DNA from: Pseudomonadota bacterium
GTDB taxonomy: Bacteria > Pseudomonadota > Gammaproteobacteria > Steroidobacterales > Steroidobacteraceae
NCBI GenBank assembly: GCA_018241505.1
Contig: JAFEDS010000018.1
Span: 52,541 to 84,540 of the forward strand
DNA: 32,000 bases
Direction of reading: 5' to 3'
Each line of letters begins with the position of its first letter. Position 1 is the first letter of the stretch. Positions 20,682 to 29,456 of the stretch are shown piece by piece. The notes beneath the pieces were generated by a model. It did no database searches and was not told the origin of the DNA. It saw only the letters and a program-made list of their open reading frames with translations. The translations under genes were made by a program, and so were the position numbers.

Positions 20682-22166
20682 TCAGAACGGAAACTGTCTC
20701 TGGCCCAACTGGATGGTGATCCATTTGAGCTCGGTCATTTCCTCCATGGAGTAGTTGCCGCCTTCCCGGCCGACGCCGCTGTTCTTGATTCCGCCAAACG
20801 GGACGTGCGGTTCATCCGTCACGGTCGTGTCGTTGATATGCACCATGCCCGACTCCAGTCGCAACGCGAGATCCAACGCCTTCTGCAGATCGTTGGTAAT
20901 GACGCCGGCAGACAGGCCGTATGAAGTGTCGTTTGCAACCTTCAGCGCTTCCTCTGAGCTGTTGACCTTGATGATCGATGTGATGGGGCCGAACGACTCT
21001 TCCGAGTAGATGCGCATCTCGGGGGTTACACCCGCGATCACGGTCGGCTGATAAAAGTTGTCCTGGTGGGTACCGCCAGCGAGGACCTTCGCGCCTTTGG
21101 CCGCAGCGTCAGCAACATGCTCATCAATGAACGCACATTGCGAACGACGGATCAGCGGGCCGATGACGGTCTGCGGGTCGTGCGGGTCACCCACTTTGTA
21201 CGTCTTCGTACGGGCGGCGAATTTCTCACAGAACTCGTCGAAAACCGGTGCTTCCACAATGATGCGCGAGTTGGCCATGCAGACCTGGCCCTGGTGGAAG
21301 TAGATGCCGAAGCATCCGGCCTTCACCGCGTAGTCGACGTCCGCATCTTTCAGCACAATCAGGGGATTCTTTCCGCCCATTTCCAACGTGAACTTCTTGA
21401 GGTTCTTCGCCGCCTCGACCGCAATGAGCTTGCCAACCCTGGTCGATCCGGTGAATGTAATCATTCGAACGCGCGGGTCGGTCAGGAGCACGTCGCCAAC
21501 GTCCTTTGCAGGTCCGGGCACAACGTTCAACACACCCGGCGGCAGCTTCGCTTCGTGGAAGATCTCCGCGATCTTGATACCCGTCACCGGCGTTTCCTCG
21601 GACGGCTTCAGCACAAAGCAGTTGCCCGCGGCCAGCGCAAGAACGACTTTCTTCATGGCAAGCAGGAAGGGGGCATTGAACGGCGCAATGCCGGCAATGA
21701 CACCCAACGGCTGACGCACAGTCATGCCAATCTGACCCGGCGCGCTGTGGGGTAGCGTCTCGCCAAAGATATGGCGCGCATCGCCGGCTGCGCTTCGCAG
21801 CAGGTCGATACAGTAAGACACCTCAAACATTGACTTGCCGAACGTCGATCCCGACTCTTCAATGAGGACCGTGCGGATGTCGTCGATTTTGCTGGCGAGA
21901 ATGTCCGCCGCGCGCAGCAGGATTGCGGCCCGCTCGGAGACGACTACGCGCCCCCAACTTTCGCGCGCACGGTAGGCCGCCTCAACAGCTCGCACAGCAT
22001 CTGCTCGTCCGGCTTGCGCCACACGGGCGAAGAGTGCGCCGGTTGCCGGATTGAAGTCATCCGCAATGGTGCCGTCGGCTGCAGCGGTCCATTTACCGTC
22101 GATGTAGAGCGAATATGACCGAACGTCGTCGGCTGGCCCGACTGCTTTGACTGCGCTGAGTGCCAT
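20682..22166 (-). CDS. NAD(P)-dependent aldehyde dehydrogenase
   Basis: 494 aa. ALDH motifs LEMGGKNP (catalytic Glu) and FHQGQVCMANSR (catalytic Cys), plus GSTRVG. It lies 24 nt downstream of the oxygenase beta-subunit gene. Confidence 0.92.
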   Translation of the reverse strand: MALSAVKAVGPADDVRSYSLYIDGKWTAAADGTIADDFNPATGALFARVAQAGRADAVRAVEAAYRARESWGRVVVSERAAILLRAADILASKIDDIRTVLIEESGSTFGKSMFEVSYCIDLLRSAAGDARHIFGETLPHSAPGQIGMTVRQPLGVIAGIAPFNAPFLLAMKKVVLALAAGNCFVLKPSEETPVTGIKIAEIFHEAKLPPGVLNVVPGPAKDVGDVLLTDPRVRMITFTGSTRVGKLIAVEAAKNLKKFTLEMGGKNPLIVLKDADVDYAVKAGCFGIYFHQGQVCMANSRIIVEAPVFDEFCEKFAARTKTYKVGDPHDPQTVIGPLIRRSQCAFIDEHVADAAAKGAKVLAGGTHQDNFYQPTVIAGVTPEMRIYSEESFGPITSIIKVNSSEEALKVANDTSYGLSAGVITNDLQKALDLALRLESGMVHINDTTVTDEPHVPFGGIKNSGVGREGGNYSMEEMTELKWITIQLGQRQFPF

Positions 22167-22190
22167 GGCCCGATCCCCAGGTTGGTTGGT

Positions 22191-22817
22191 TTAGACCCAG
22201 ATCTGCAATACATAGTCGAACGGCGCCTGGCCGTTCAGTAAATCGACTCTCTGGAGCGCGATTTTGAAATCGTCGCCCTCGCGCTGCAGCTTGTGCCGAT
22301 ACGCACCGGCGAAATGCCGTGTCGTATCGCGACGCAGCTCCATCATCTGAAACCGCGAGCGCACCGAAATTTCAGTCTCGCTGACGGATTCAATTACCAC
22401 ATTTCCGACAAGATGACTCGTTCCCCATTGCGGCGCTTGCGACCAGGCGTTGGGGTGAGTCACGCGTCCCATTCGTATCTCCATCATCCGCCGGTCTTCA
22501 ACAAAAATGGAAGGGGAATCCAGCCATTCCGTCTGTTCCGGCGTGGCGGGCATCCAATAGACACCGTCGGCGCTGAACAGATCAATGTAAGCCGCCCACT
22601 GCTTCTCATCCAGTAATTCGCCCTGATGGAAGAGAAATTGCTCCACCCGCTGCTGCAGGTCCGCTTCCGTGACAGCGCTGCGAGCGGGGAGCGGCTGGTC
22701 TTTCAGTGACTGGCGCGGGGAATGGTCGGGGGCGATGGATTGGGCGCCGGTCTTCCTGGCTTCCTTGTTTTCGAAGATGACGACATCCTCGAGAAGTCGT
22801 TTCTGCAGGTCGCTCAT
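22191..22817 (-). CDS. Aromatic ring-hydroxylating oxygenase, beta (small, NTF2-like) subunit
   Basis: The internal ATG at 22817 forms an ATGA overlap with the alpha-subunit stop. The conserved core begins near VEQFLFHQGELLDEKQWAAYIDLFSADGVYWMP. The longest ORF (start 22979) would overlap the alpha gene by 166 nt. Confidence 0.85.
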   Translation of the reverse strand: MSDLQKRLLEDVVIFENKEARKTGAQSIAPDHSPRQSLKDQPLPARSAVTEADLQQRVEQFLFHQGELLDEKQWAAYIDLFSADGVYWMPATPEQTEWLDSPSIFVEDRRMMEIRMGRVTHPNAWSQAPQWGTSHLVGNVVIESVSETEISVRSRFQMMELRRDTTRHFAGAYRHKLQREGDDFKIALQRVDLLNGQAPFDYVLQIWV

Positions 22818-24121
22818 GGGTTTGTTCCGCTCATGTATTGCCGCCAGGCTGCGAACTGGCTGCGCATGACGGCTTCCGATGTCCCGTTGTTGGAATACGT
22901 CGTGCCGTTTTCGACCGTATCGCCGCCGTAGTTGCGATGGAAGCTCACCCACTCGCCACCGTCGGATTCCAGGCCCCACTGGCCCTTCGTCCAGTTTTCC
23001 AGGTCATCGGCATTGATCATGGTGGCGGGCGAGTTGACCAGGTTGAAATACCACAGGGCGCGTCGATAGATGGCCGGTGGCACGCCCTTCAGGCGGAAAT
23101 GCCAGATTTCCGACAGGGTCCGGTTGGGTGCGACCGGCCGCAACACCCGAAGTTGTTGCAACGGCGACTGCACCGACAGGTATGGGTAGATCAGAACGTG
23201 ATGGATGCTGCGGCCCAGGTGTTCCTCCGCCTTCTTCTCACCGTAGGCGCGGTACATCGCCGCGACGTACTCCCGGGTATCGGGGTCATCGGGGCGCAGC
23301 CCCATGTAGCCCTTCAGAATGCCGTGACCGCGCGGGAAGTTGACTGTCTGCACCGAATCCCACTGGTCGAACGACGATGCGAATGTTGACAGGTAGTGGT
23401 AGTACAGGGGCGGCTTCTCGCCTTGCTCCTGCAACTTGCGTTCGACGCGGCCCGCGGCAATGCCCGTCGACTGGTGGGTCACGGAGGGGTGCAGGGCATC
23501 CAACTGATTCTCCATGAAGAACTTCCAGTTGGAATGCTGCACGACACGGTGACAGACCGGAACGATTTCGACTTCGCCCTCGGGCGAGCGGTCGCACATG
23601 TCATCGAATGCGATCCGGGCGCCGCCCAGGAATTCCAACAGCGAAGGGCCGGTGGCCGACAGGCTCGCAAACACGAAGCCGCGGTAACTGTCGACACGCG
23701 CCGCGGCCTTCATCGAGCAGTCGGGGTTGTCGGGCGTCATGCGCGTGCCGGCATAGCCGTGTGACAGCGGAATGCCTTTGACCCGGCCATCGAGGTGGAA
23801 CGTCCAGGCGTGATAGGAACACACGAATGTCGACCCGGTGTTGCCCTTGGTGTTGCCGCAGAGTTGCACGCCGCGATGTGGACACCTGTTGTAGAGAACC
23901 CGGATTCGGGCGTGGGCGCCGCGCACCATGATCATCGGCTGGCGGCCGATCTGCACAGTGGCGTAGTCGCCGGTCTTCGGTAATTGCGACTCGTGGCCGC
24001 AATACACCCAGGTCTTCTCCCAGATGTTGGCCATCTCGCCATCGAAGATGGCCTGGTCGGTGTAGACGCTTTTGTGGACGCGATCGGGTTCGACCAGCTT
24101 TTCGAGCAACACCACGCGCAA
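22814..24121 (-). CDS. Rieske [2Fe-2S] aromatic ring-hydroxylating oxygenase, alpha subunit
   Basis: Rieske motif CPHRGVQLC...CSYHAWTF. Mononuclear iron site NWKFFMENQLDALHPSVTH. 435 aa. Confidence 0.92.
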   Translation of the reverse strand: MRVVLLEKLVEPDRVHKSVYTDQAIFDGEMANIWEKTWVYCGHESQLPKTGDYATVQIGRQPMIMVRGAHARIRVLYNRCPHRGVQLCGNTKGNTGSTFVCSYHAWTFHLDGRVKGIPLSHGYAGTRMTPDNPDCSMKAAARVDSYRGFVFASLSATGPSLLEFLGGARIAFDDMCDRSPEGEVEIVPVCHRVVQHSNWKFFMENQLDALHPSVTHQSTGIAAGRVERKLQEQGEKPPLYYHYLSTFASSFDQWDSVQTVNFPRGHGILKGYMGLRPDDPDTREYVAAMYRAYGEKKAEEHLGRSIHHVLIYPYLSVQSPLQQLRVLRPVAPNRTLSEIWHFRLKGVPPAIYRRALWYFNLVNSPATMINADDLENWTKGQWGLESDGGEWVSFHRNYGGDTVENGTTYSNNGTSEAVMRSQFAAWRQYMSGTNP

Positions 24122-24217
24122 CCTCCGTCAGCGGCGATTGAATACCTGCAGTGAAATCTAAGCCCGCGAGGCCGGCCTTTCCATGCCTGCCTCATACCAA
24201 TTATATTACTTCAGGTT

Positions 24218-25162
24218 ATGGAACACCTTGGGGGTGCGGCCGTGGTCTCGGGTCTGGATGTGGCGCGCTTACGGCAGCTCGCATTGATAGTACGTGAGCG
24301 TTCCTTTTCCAGGGCCGCGGAATCGCTGGGCATTTCCCAACCAGCCTTGTCAAAGAACATTCGCAGCATGGAGCGGACGCTCGGGGTGCAACTGCTGGAG
24401 CGCGGCAGGTTCGGAGCGCTGCCGACCGCATTCGGCCTCGCCCTCGTGCGGCATGCGGATGCGATCGATGCGGAGCTTCGCAGCGCCGTTCAGGAAGTCG
24501 ACGCCCTGCGTATCGCCCGTACTGGGCACATCTGCGTTGGCTGCGGTCCCTCTGAAGCCACCCGCTTGTTACCTATTGCCTTGAACCGCCTGCGCCAACG
24601 CTCCCCGGGTATCACCGTCACCGTATTGTACGGGCTGAACGAAGCGCTGACGCCGATGGTCAAGCATGGCGAAGTCGACTTTGCGCTGTCCTCCATACCT
24701 GCTCGCTGCACCGATGGGGATCTGCGGCTGGTCAAGCTACATGAAGACCGCGCCGCAGTCATTGTCAGGACCGGCCATCCTCTTACGGAGCGCCGCGGGC
24801 CCCTGACGGCACAACACCTGCTGGCGCAGCAGTGGGTGCTGGCACGTACCTCCGAGCTCGAGCGGCGCGCGTTGGATGACCTGTTTATGGAGACAGGATT
24901 GGAGCCGCCGGTGGTGTCTCTCGAAACAACCTCCGCCGTCCTGATGAAGACGATGGTGATTCAGAGCGATCTGCTGACCTTCCTGCCTCGTGAGCTCATT
25001 TATTGGGAAGAGCGCGCGGGACTGCTCACCGCCTTGAAGCTGGCTGTCCCATCGTGGCACCGCATCGTGGGGCTCACTCTGCGCGCCCGGGCCGGGATCA
25101 ACCCCGCTGCGCAGGCATTGATCGACACCCTGCGGGAAGTTGGGGGAGAATTCAGCTCATGA
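24218..25162 (+). CDS. LysR-family transcriptional regulator
   Basis: HTH LRQLALIVRERSFSRAAESLGISQPALSKNIRSMERTLGVQLLER plus a substrate-binding domain. It is divergent from the Rieske operon across a 96-bp spacer. Confidence 0.9.
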   Translation: MEHLGGAAVVSGLDVARLRQLALIVRERSFSRAAESLGISQPALSKNIRSMERTLGVQLLERGRFGALPTAFGLALVRHADAIDAELRSAVQEVDALRIARTGHICVGCGPSEATRLLPIALNRLRQRSPGITVTVLYGLNEALTPMVKHGEVDFALSSIPARCTDGDLRLVKLHEDRAAVIVRTGHPLTERRGPLTAQHLLAQQWVLARTSELERRALDDLFMETGLEPPVVSLETTSAVLMKTMVIQSDLLTFLPRELIYWEERAGLLTALKLAVPSWHRIVGLTLRARAGINPAAQALIDTLREVGGEFSS

Positions 25163-26016
25163 GCAGCACTTCAGATTCAGGCCGCGACCTGGACCGGGAA
25201 TACAACCCCCGCATCCAGGTGCCGGAGTATGCATCGTATTTCGCGCGTTGGAAGGACTCCGCGCAGGAGGCTCGCCGCACACTCGATGTGCGTCTCGACC
25301 TGCGCTACGGTTTGTTGCCCGCCGAACGCCTCGATTATTTTCCAGCCGCCGGCAGTGGCAACCCGCTGTTGATTTTTGTCCACGGCGGCTACTGGCGGGC
25401 GCTCGACAAGAACGACTTCTCGTGGGTGGCGCCGCCTTATATTGCCTGTGGCGTTTCCGTTGCTGTGATCAACTATGGGTTGTTGCCGGGAACCCCGCTG
25501 TTGATGATTGTCGAGCAGGTGCGGCGTGCGTGCGCCTGGTTGCATCACAACGCCCAGCCACTGGAAATCGATCCGGAGCGGATTGTCTGCAGCGGGCATT
25601 CCGCCGGCGGCCACCTGACGGCCATGATGTTGGCCACCGACTGGCCGGGGGTGTGGCCCGACTTTCCGCAGCGACTCTTGTCGGGTGCGGTGGCCATCAG
25701 CGGGTTGTTTGATCTCGAGCCGCTGACGCGCGCCGAGTTCATTCGCAACGACCTGCGCCTCGAGCCGGTGGTGGCGCGCGCTTTGTCACCTGCCTATTTG
25801 CCGTGGCGTAACGAGGCGTCGATGCTGCGTGCGGTCGGAGCAGAAGAGTCCGCCGAGTTTCACCGGCAATCAACCTTGATGGGCGCGCGCTGGCCGCTGG
25901 CCTGCGAGCGCGAGCTCATCGAGGTGCCCGGATGCAATCACCTGTCCGTTTGCGATGCGTTTGCCGACACCCGCTCGGAGTTGTTTGCGGCCACCAGGGA
26001 TCTGCTTTCACGCTGA
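25159..26016 (+). CDS. Alpha/beta hydrolase, arylformamidase (kynurenine formamidase, AFMID/BNA7-like) type
   Basis: The internal ATG 25159 overlaps the LysR stop (ATGA). Motifs LDREYNPR, oxyanion HGGYW, and nucleophile elbow GHSAGGHL. The longest ORF (start 25003) would lie inside the LysR gene. Confidence 0.8.
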   Translation: MSSTSDSGRDLDREYNPRIQVPEYASYFARWKDSAQEARRTLDVRLDLRYGLLPAERLDYFPAAGSGNPLLIFVHGGYWRALDKNDFSWVAPPYIACGVSVAVINYGLLPGTPLLMIVEQVRRACAWLHHNAQPLEIDPERIVCSGHSAGGHLTAMMLATDWPGVWPDFPQRLLSGAVAISGLFDLEPLTRAEFIRNDLRLEPVVARALSPAYLPWRNEASMLRAVGAEESAEFHRQSTLMGARWPLACERELIEVPGCNHLSVCDAFADTRSELFAATRDLLSR

Positions 26017-26966
26017 GGCACGCACTTGGGTCCGCAGGTCACCCGATTGCGGCCGGCGCGTTTGCTTTCATACAGAGCTTTGTCGGCCTCACGCAGGAGC
26101 GCATCGGCATCCTCGGGCGAAGCCGCCACTCCGTCGATGGTCGCGACACCGAAGCTGGCTGTCACCAGGAGCTTGGAGTCGAGACCCTTCACGGGCGTTT
26201 CGGCGCACAGGCGCCGCATCCGTTCGGCAACCGCATACGCACCCAGAATCGGCGTCTCCGGCAGGACAATGACAAATTCTTCGCCGCCGTAGCGTGCAAT
26301 CCAATCCGACACCCGCAGCGCGGAGCGTGCCAGGTTGACGGCATGCTGCAACACCAGGTCACCGGTGTGGTGCCCGTAGGTATCGTTGACTTTCTTGAAA
26401 TGGTCGAGGTCGGCCATGACCAGTGAGAACTGTTCTGCGTAGCGTCGCGCCCGGGAGGTCTCCTGCGGCAGATGCTCGTGCAGGTAGCGTCGATTGAAAA
26501 TGCCGAGCAGGGGATCGGTGATGGACAGCTTTTCAATCTGCGCGTTGGCCTCGCGCAGTGATTGCTCGAGCAGCACCATGCGCCGGCCGGCCTCGAGCCT
26601 TGCCACCAACTCGGTCTCGTCGGCGGGCTTGCGGATGAAGTCGTTGGCTCCGGCGCGCAACGCTTCGACGGCGTGGGTGACGGCGCCATGGCTGGTCAGG
26701 AGCAGAATGTAAACACTCGGCAGGTTGGCTTCGCGCACGAGGCGGCACAGAGTGACTCCGTCCATGCCCGGCATTTCCCAGTCCGAGAGGACGAGGGGGT
26801 ATTGGCCGGTCTTGATCATCCGCAGGGCGTCCGTGCCGTTTTCGGCCATGTCCACGGTATATCCGACGCCGCGCAACTTGCGCGCAATGAGCAACCGTTG
26901 AGTCGGCTCATCCTCCACGAGCAGGAGTTTGATTCCCGGCTCCGGCAGCAGCCCCATGGCACTCAT
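25938..26966 (-). CDS. Response regulator-diguanylate cyclase (REC + GGDEF)
   Basis: REC: KLLLVEDEPTQRLL...VLSDWEMPGMDG...KP. GGDEF domain with active site RYGGEEF and an RxxD (RVSD) exactly 5 residues upstream (I-site position). Its start forms an ATGA overlap with the upstream REC-Hpt gene. Confidence 0.92.
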   Translation of the reverse strand: MSAMGLLPEPGIKLLLVEDEPTQRLLIARKLRGVGYTVDMAENGTDALRMIKTGQYPLVLSDWEMPGMDGVTLCRLVREANLPSVYILLLTSHGAVTHAVEALRAGANDFIRKPADETELVARLEAGRRMVLLEQSLREANAQIEKLSITDPLLGIFNRRYLHEHLPQETSRARRYAEQFSLVMADLDHFKKVNDTYGHHTGDLVLQHAVNLARSALRVSDWIARYGGEEFVIVLPETPILGAYAVAERMRRLCAETPVKGLDSKLLVTASFGVATIDGVAASPEDADALLREADKALYESKRAGRNRVTCGPKCVPQRESRSLVAANNSERVSANASQTDR

Positions 26967-27859
26967 GTCAGATGCGCACCTATGTGGAGGGTTGCTTCAT
27001 CAAACGCCTTGCGCAGTGCGTCGACGGCGCTGGTGATTTCGGTTGGGGCGGCGCTCATTGCCGCCGACTCGATGTTGGCGGCAAGGGCGGCCAATCGATG
27101 TGCGTGGATACTGCTGCCGGCGCTCTTGATCTTGTGGGCCAGCAGCCGGATGCGGTTGCGCTCGCCGGCGGCGACCGCACTGTCGAGCTCTTCCAGTCCC
27201 TGGCCGGTCGTGGTCACGAATGTCTGACACAGGCGCCGTACAAAGGCCATATCACCGGAAAATTTCGCATTCAGAGTCATCAAGTCAACCGGGTCGCCCG
27301 CCTGGGCGGTGACCGGTGCGCCCGGCTCGAGGCTACGGCGTGCCAGCCCGAAGCGATCCAACGCCTGGCGCAACTTGGTAATGTCCAGCGGCTTGGTCAA
27401 CAGGCCGTTCATGCCCGCTGCGGTGCAGCGCGCGAGCTCGTCCGAAGCCGACTTGGCCGTGAGAGCAAGAACGGGTACGTGCCGCCCGGGGCGCTCCTGC
27501 CTGCGGATCTCCTGAGTTGCCTGCAGGCCGTCCATCCGCGGCATCTGCAAGTCCATCAACACGAGCCCGAACTCCTGGCGTGCGCAGGCCGCAACGGCGG
27601 CATGGCCGTCCTCGACGACCATGACATTGCAGCCCATGGCCTCCAGGTAGTGCCTGGCGGCCTGTTGACTGACGACATTGTCCTCGGCGACGAGCACTTT
27701 CTTGGGCAGCCCTTCGTGCGTCGACTCGGCGGTGGCCGGATTTGCATCGCTGACGTGCGTGACGCCGTCCGCTTCGATGCGTTTGAGCATGGTGGATCCG
27801 CAAAAAGCCCTTTGCTGATTTGACAGGCCATGGTGGCCTGACCGCCCTGTGTGCGACAC
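26963..27859 (-). CDS. Response regulator receiver fused to a histidine phosphotransfer (Hpt) domain
   Basis: REC: KVLVAEDNVVSQQ...VLMDLQMPRMDG...LTKP. C-terminal Hpt with LAHKIKSAGSSIHAHRLAALA (HxxKG-type motif). The start may be the internal ATG at 27790 (MLKRIEADG). Confidence 0.85.
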   Translation of the reverse strand: MSHTGRSGHHGLSNQQRAFCGSTMLKRIEADGVTHVSDANPATAESTHEGLPKKVLVAEDNVVSQQAARHYLEAMGCNVMVVEDGHAAVAACARQEFGLVLMDLQMPRMDGLQATQEIRRQERPGRHVPVLALTAKSASDELARCTAAGMNGLLTKPLDITKLRQALDRFGLARRSLEPGAPVTAQAGDPVDLMTLNAKFSGDMAFVRRLCQTFVTTTGQGLEELDSAVAAGERNRIRLLAHKIKSAGSSIHAHRLAALAANIESAAMSAAPTEITSAVDALRKAFDEATLHIGAHLT

Positions 27860-27895
27860 GGACGTCTTTCACAGATCTTCAGCACACCTGGCGAA

Positions 27896-27938
27896 ATTTC
27901 CGTGTGTTGCGTCCAACATCGGTACTGCACTGCAGCGA
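27896..27938 (-). other. Imperfect 43-nt palindrome / stem-loop between cobF and the REC-Hpt gene
   Basis: GTTGC-gtcca-ACATCG-gtactgcactgcag-CGATGT-ca-GCAAC on the plus strand. It has 5-bp outer and 6-bp middle stems plus an inner CTGCA/TGCAG palindrome. No clear U-tract follows, so its role as a terminator is uncertain. Confidence 0.3.
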
Positions 27939-27960
27939 TGTCAGCAACATTGGCCGCCCG

Positions 27961-28698
27961 CTATCGGCGCGGCCTCCTGAGCAGATATGTGTCCATGATC
28001 CAACCCTTGCGCCGGCGTTCCCTTTCCTTGGTCTGTTGAATCGTCGCGGCTACATCGCGAACTTTGCCGGAAATGAGCACCTGGTCGGGAGTGCCGAGGT
28101 AGGCGCCCCAATAGATGTGCGTTTCAGGGTCGTCCACGCTGTCGAAGGCGCATTCACCATCGAGCATGACTACCGTGTCCAGGGTAGGCGGGTTGTCACT
28201 GAGCAGGCGGCCCGTGGTGATCTGGACCGGCGCGCCAATCTGGTTGAGTGGGATTCGATGTTCGGCGGTCAGTGCCTGGACACTGGTGATTCCCGGGATG
28301 ACTTCAAACTCAATGCGCAGACTGTCCAATATGCGGATTGTGCTGTCGTAGAGGGATGGATCGCCCCAGACAAGAAATGCGGCAGCCTCATCGGCCTGAA
28401 GATGTTCACGAAACAGCGCTTCGTACAGAGCGGCACGCCGGTCGTGCCATGCCGCGACCGTCGCCTGGTAGTCGGCGGGTTGGCGGTCCCTGGGCGGATC
28501 GGGGATCGGGACGATGCGAAGTGGGCGATCCGCTGCGTAACGCTCGATGATCTCGCGCCGGAAGCGCGCCAGCTCGTCCTTGTCGGATCCTTTGTCGGTA
28601 ATAAACAAAACATCCGTCTGATTGAGGGCGTTGATGGCCTGGATGGTGATCTGCTCCGGATGGCCGGAGCCGATGCCAATAACTCGAAATTTGCGCAT
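27961..28698 (-). CDS. cobF: Precorrin-6A synthase (deacetylating)
   Basis: 245 aa. N-terminus MRKFRVIGIGSGHPEQITIQAINALNQTDVLF and the tetrapyrrole methylase fold pattern. It lies 2 nt after the cobM stop. The CobF-versus-paralogue call rests on length, the N-terminus and synteny. Confidence 0.82.
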   Translation of the reverse strand: MRKFRVIGIGSGHPEQITIQAINALNQTDVLFITDKGSDKDELARFRREIIERYAADRPLRIVPIPDPPRDRQPADYQATVAAWHDRRAALYEALFREHLQADEAAAFLVWGDPSLYDSTIRILDSLRIEFEVIPGITSVQALTAEHRIPLNQIGAPVQITTGRLLSDNPPTLDTVVMLDGECAFDSVDDPETHIYWGAYLGTPDQVLISGKVRDVAATIQQTKERERRRKGWIMDTYLLRRPRR

Positions 28699-28700
28699 GG

Positions 28701-29456
28701 TCAGGCCGATCGGAAGCGGCGGCGGTATTCGGCCGAGTACAGCGCGCTTTCACAGAATTCCGCGCTTGCCAACGCCTTGCCGACAAGAATCAAAGCGGTG
28801 CGCTCCATCGGCTCGTTGGCGAGTTGGGCCCGGATAGTGTTCAGAGTACCGCACAATACTCGCTCGTCGGCCCATGTCGCTCTCATGACCAACGCAACTG
28901 GGCAGTCCGCACCGTAGTGTGGCAGAAGCTCTGTGACCACCTGGTCGATTGCGTGAATGGCGAGATGGATGGCCAGCGTCGCGCCTGTGGTTGCGAAAGT
29001 GGCCAGCCTTTCACTCTCCGGCATGGCGGACGCGCGCCCCGAAACCCGTGTCAGCACCACGCTTTGTGCCACACCTGGCACGGTCAACTCGCGGCCGAGG
29101 AGGGCGGCGGCGGCTGAAAAGGCCGGCACACCGGCAGTCAGTGTATAGGGGATGCCCAGGCGCTCCAGGCGACGTGTTTGTTCCGCTACGGCGCTGTAGA
29201 TCGACAAGTCCCCGGAATGAAGCCGTGCGACGTCCTCGCCTGCTGCATGGGCTTTGACAAACTCGGCCTCTATCTGGTCGAGGGTCATTGGGGCTGTGTC
29301 AATGATCCGCGCTCCGCCGGGGCAGTGAGTCAGTAACTCGGTTGGCACAACGGATCCGGCGTACAAGCACACTGGGCAGCGGGACAGGAGGTCGCGCCCG
29401 CGGACAGTGATCAGGTCTGCGGCGCCTGGCCCCGCCCCTATGAAATGGATGGTCAT
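28701..29456 (-). CDS. cobM: Precorrin-4 C11-methyltransferase
   Basis: The internal ATG 29456 ([20 protein letters not shown]...CLYAGS) forms an ATGA overlap with the cobE stop. SAM-dependent tetrapyrrole methylase motifs are present. Confidence 0.88.
   Translation of the reverse strand: MTIHFIGAGPGAADLITVRGRDLLSRCPVCLYAGSVVPTELLTHCPGGARIIDTAPMTLDQIEAEFVKAHAAGEDVARLHSGDLSIYSAVAEQTRRLERLGIPYTLTAGVPAFSAAAALLGRELTVPGVAQSVVLTRVSGRASAMPESERLATFATTGATLAIHLAIHAIDQVVTELLPHYGADCPVALVMRATWADERVLCGTLNTIRAQLANEPMERTALILVGKALASAEFCESALYSAEYRRRFRSA

Noticed and set aside
27860-27960. Cobalamin riboswitch near the cob genes
   Set aside because: This spacer is downstream of cobF, not upstream of the operon, and is too short. 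I could not find a B12-box-like core. The true operon leader lies beyond the right edge of the window.
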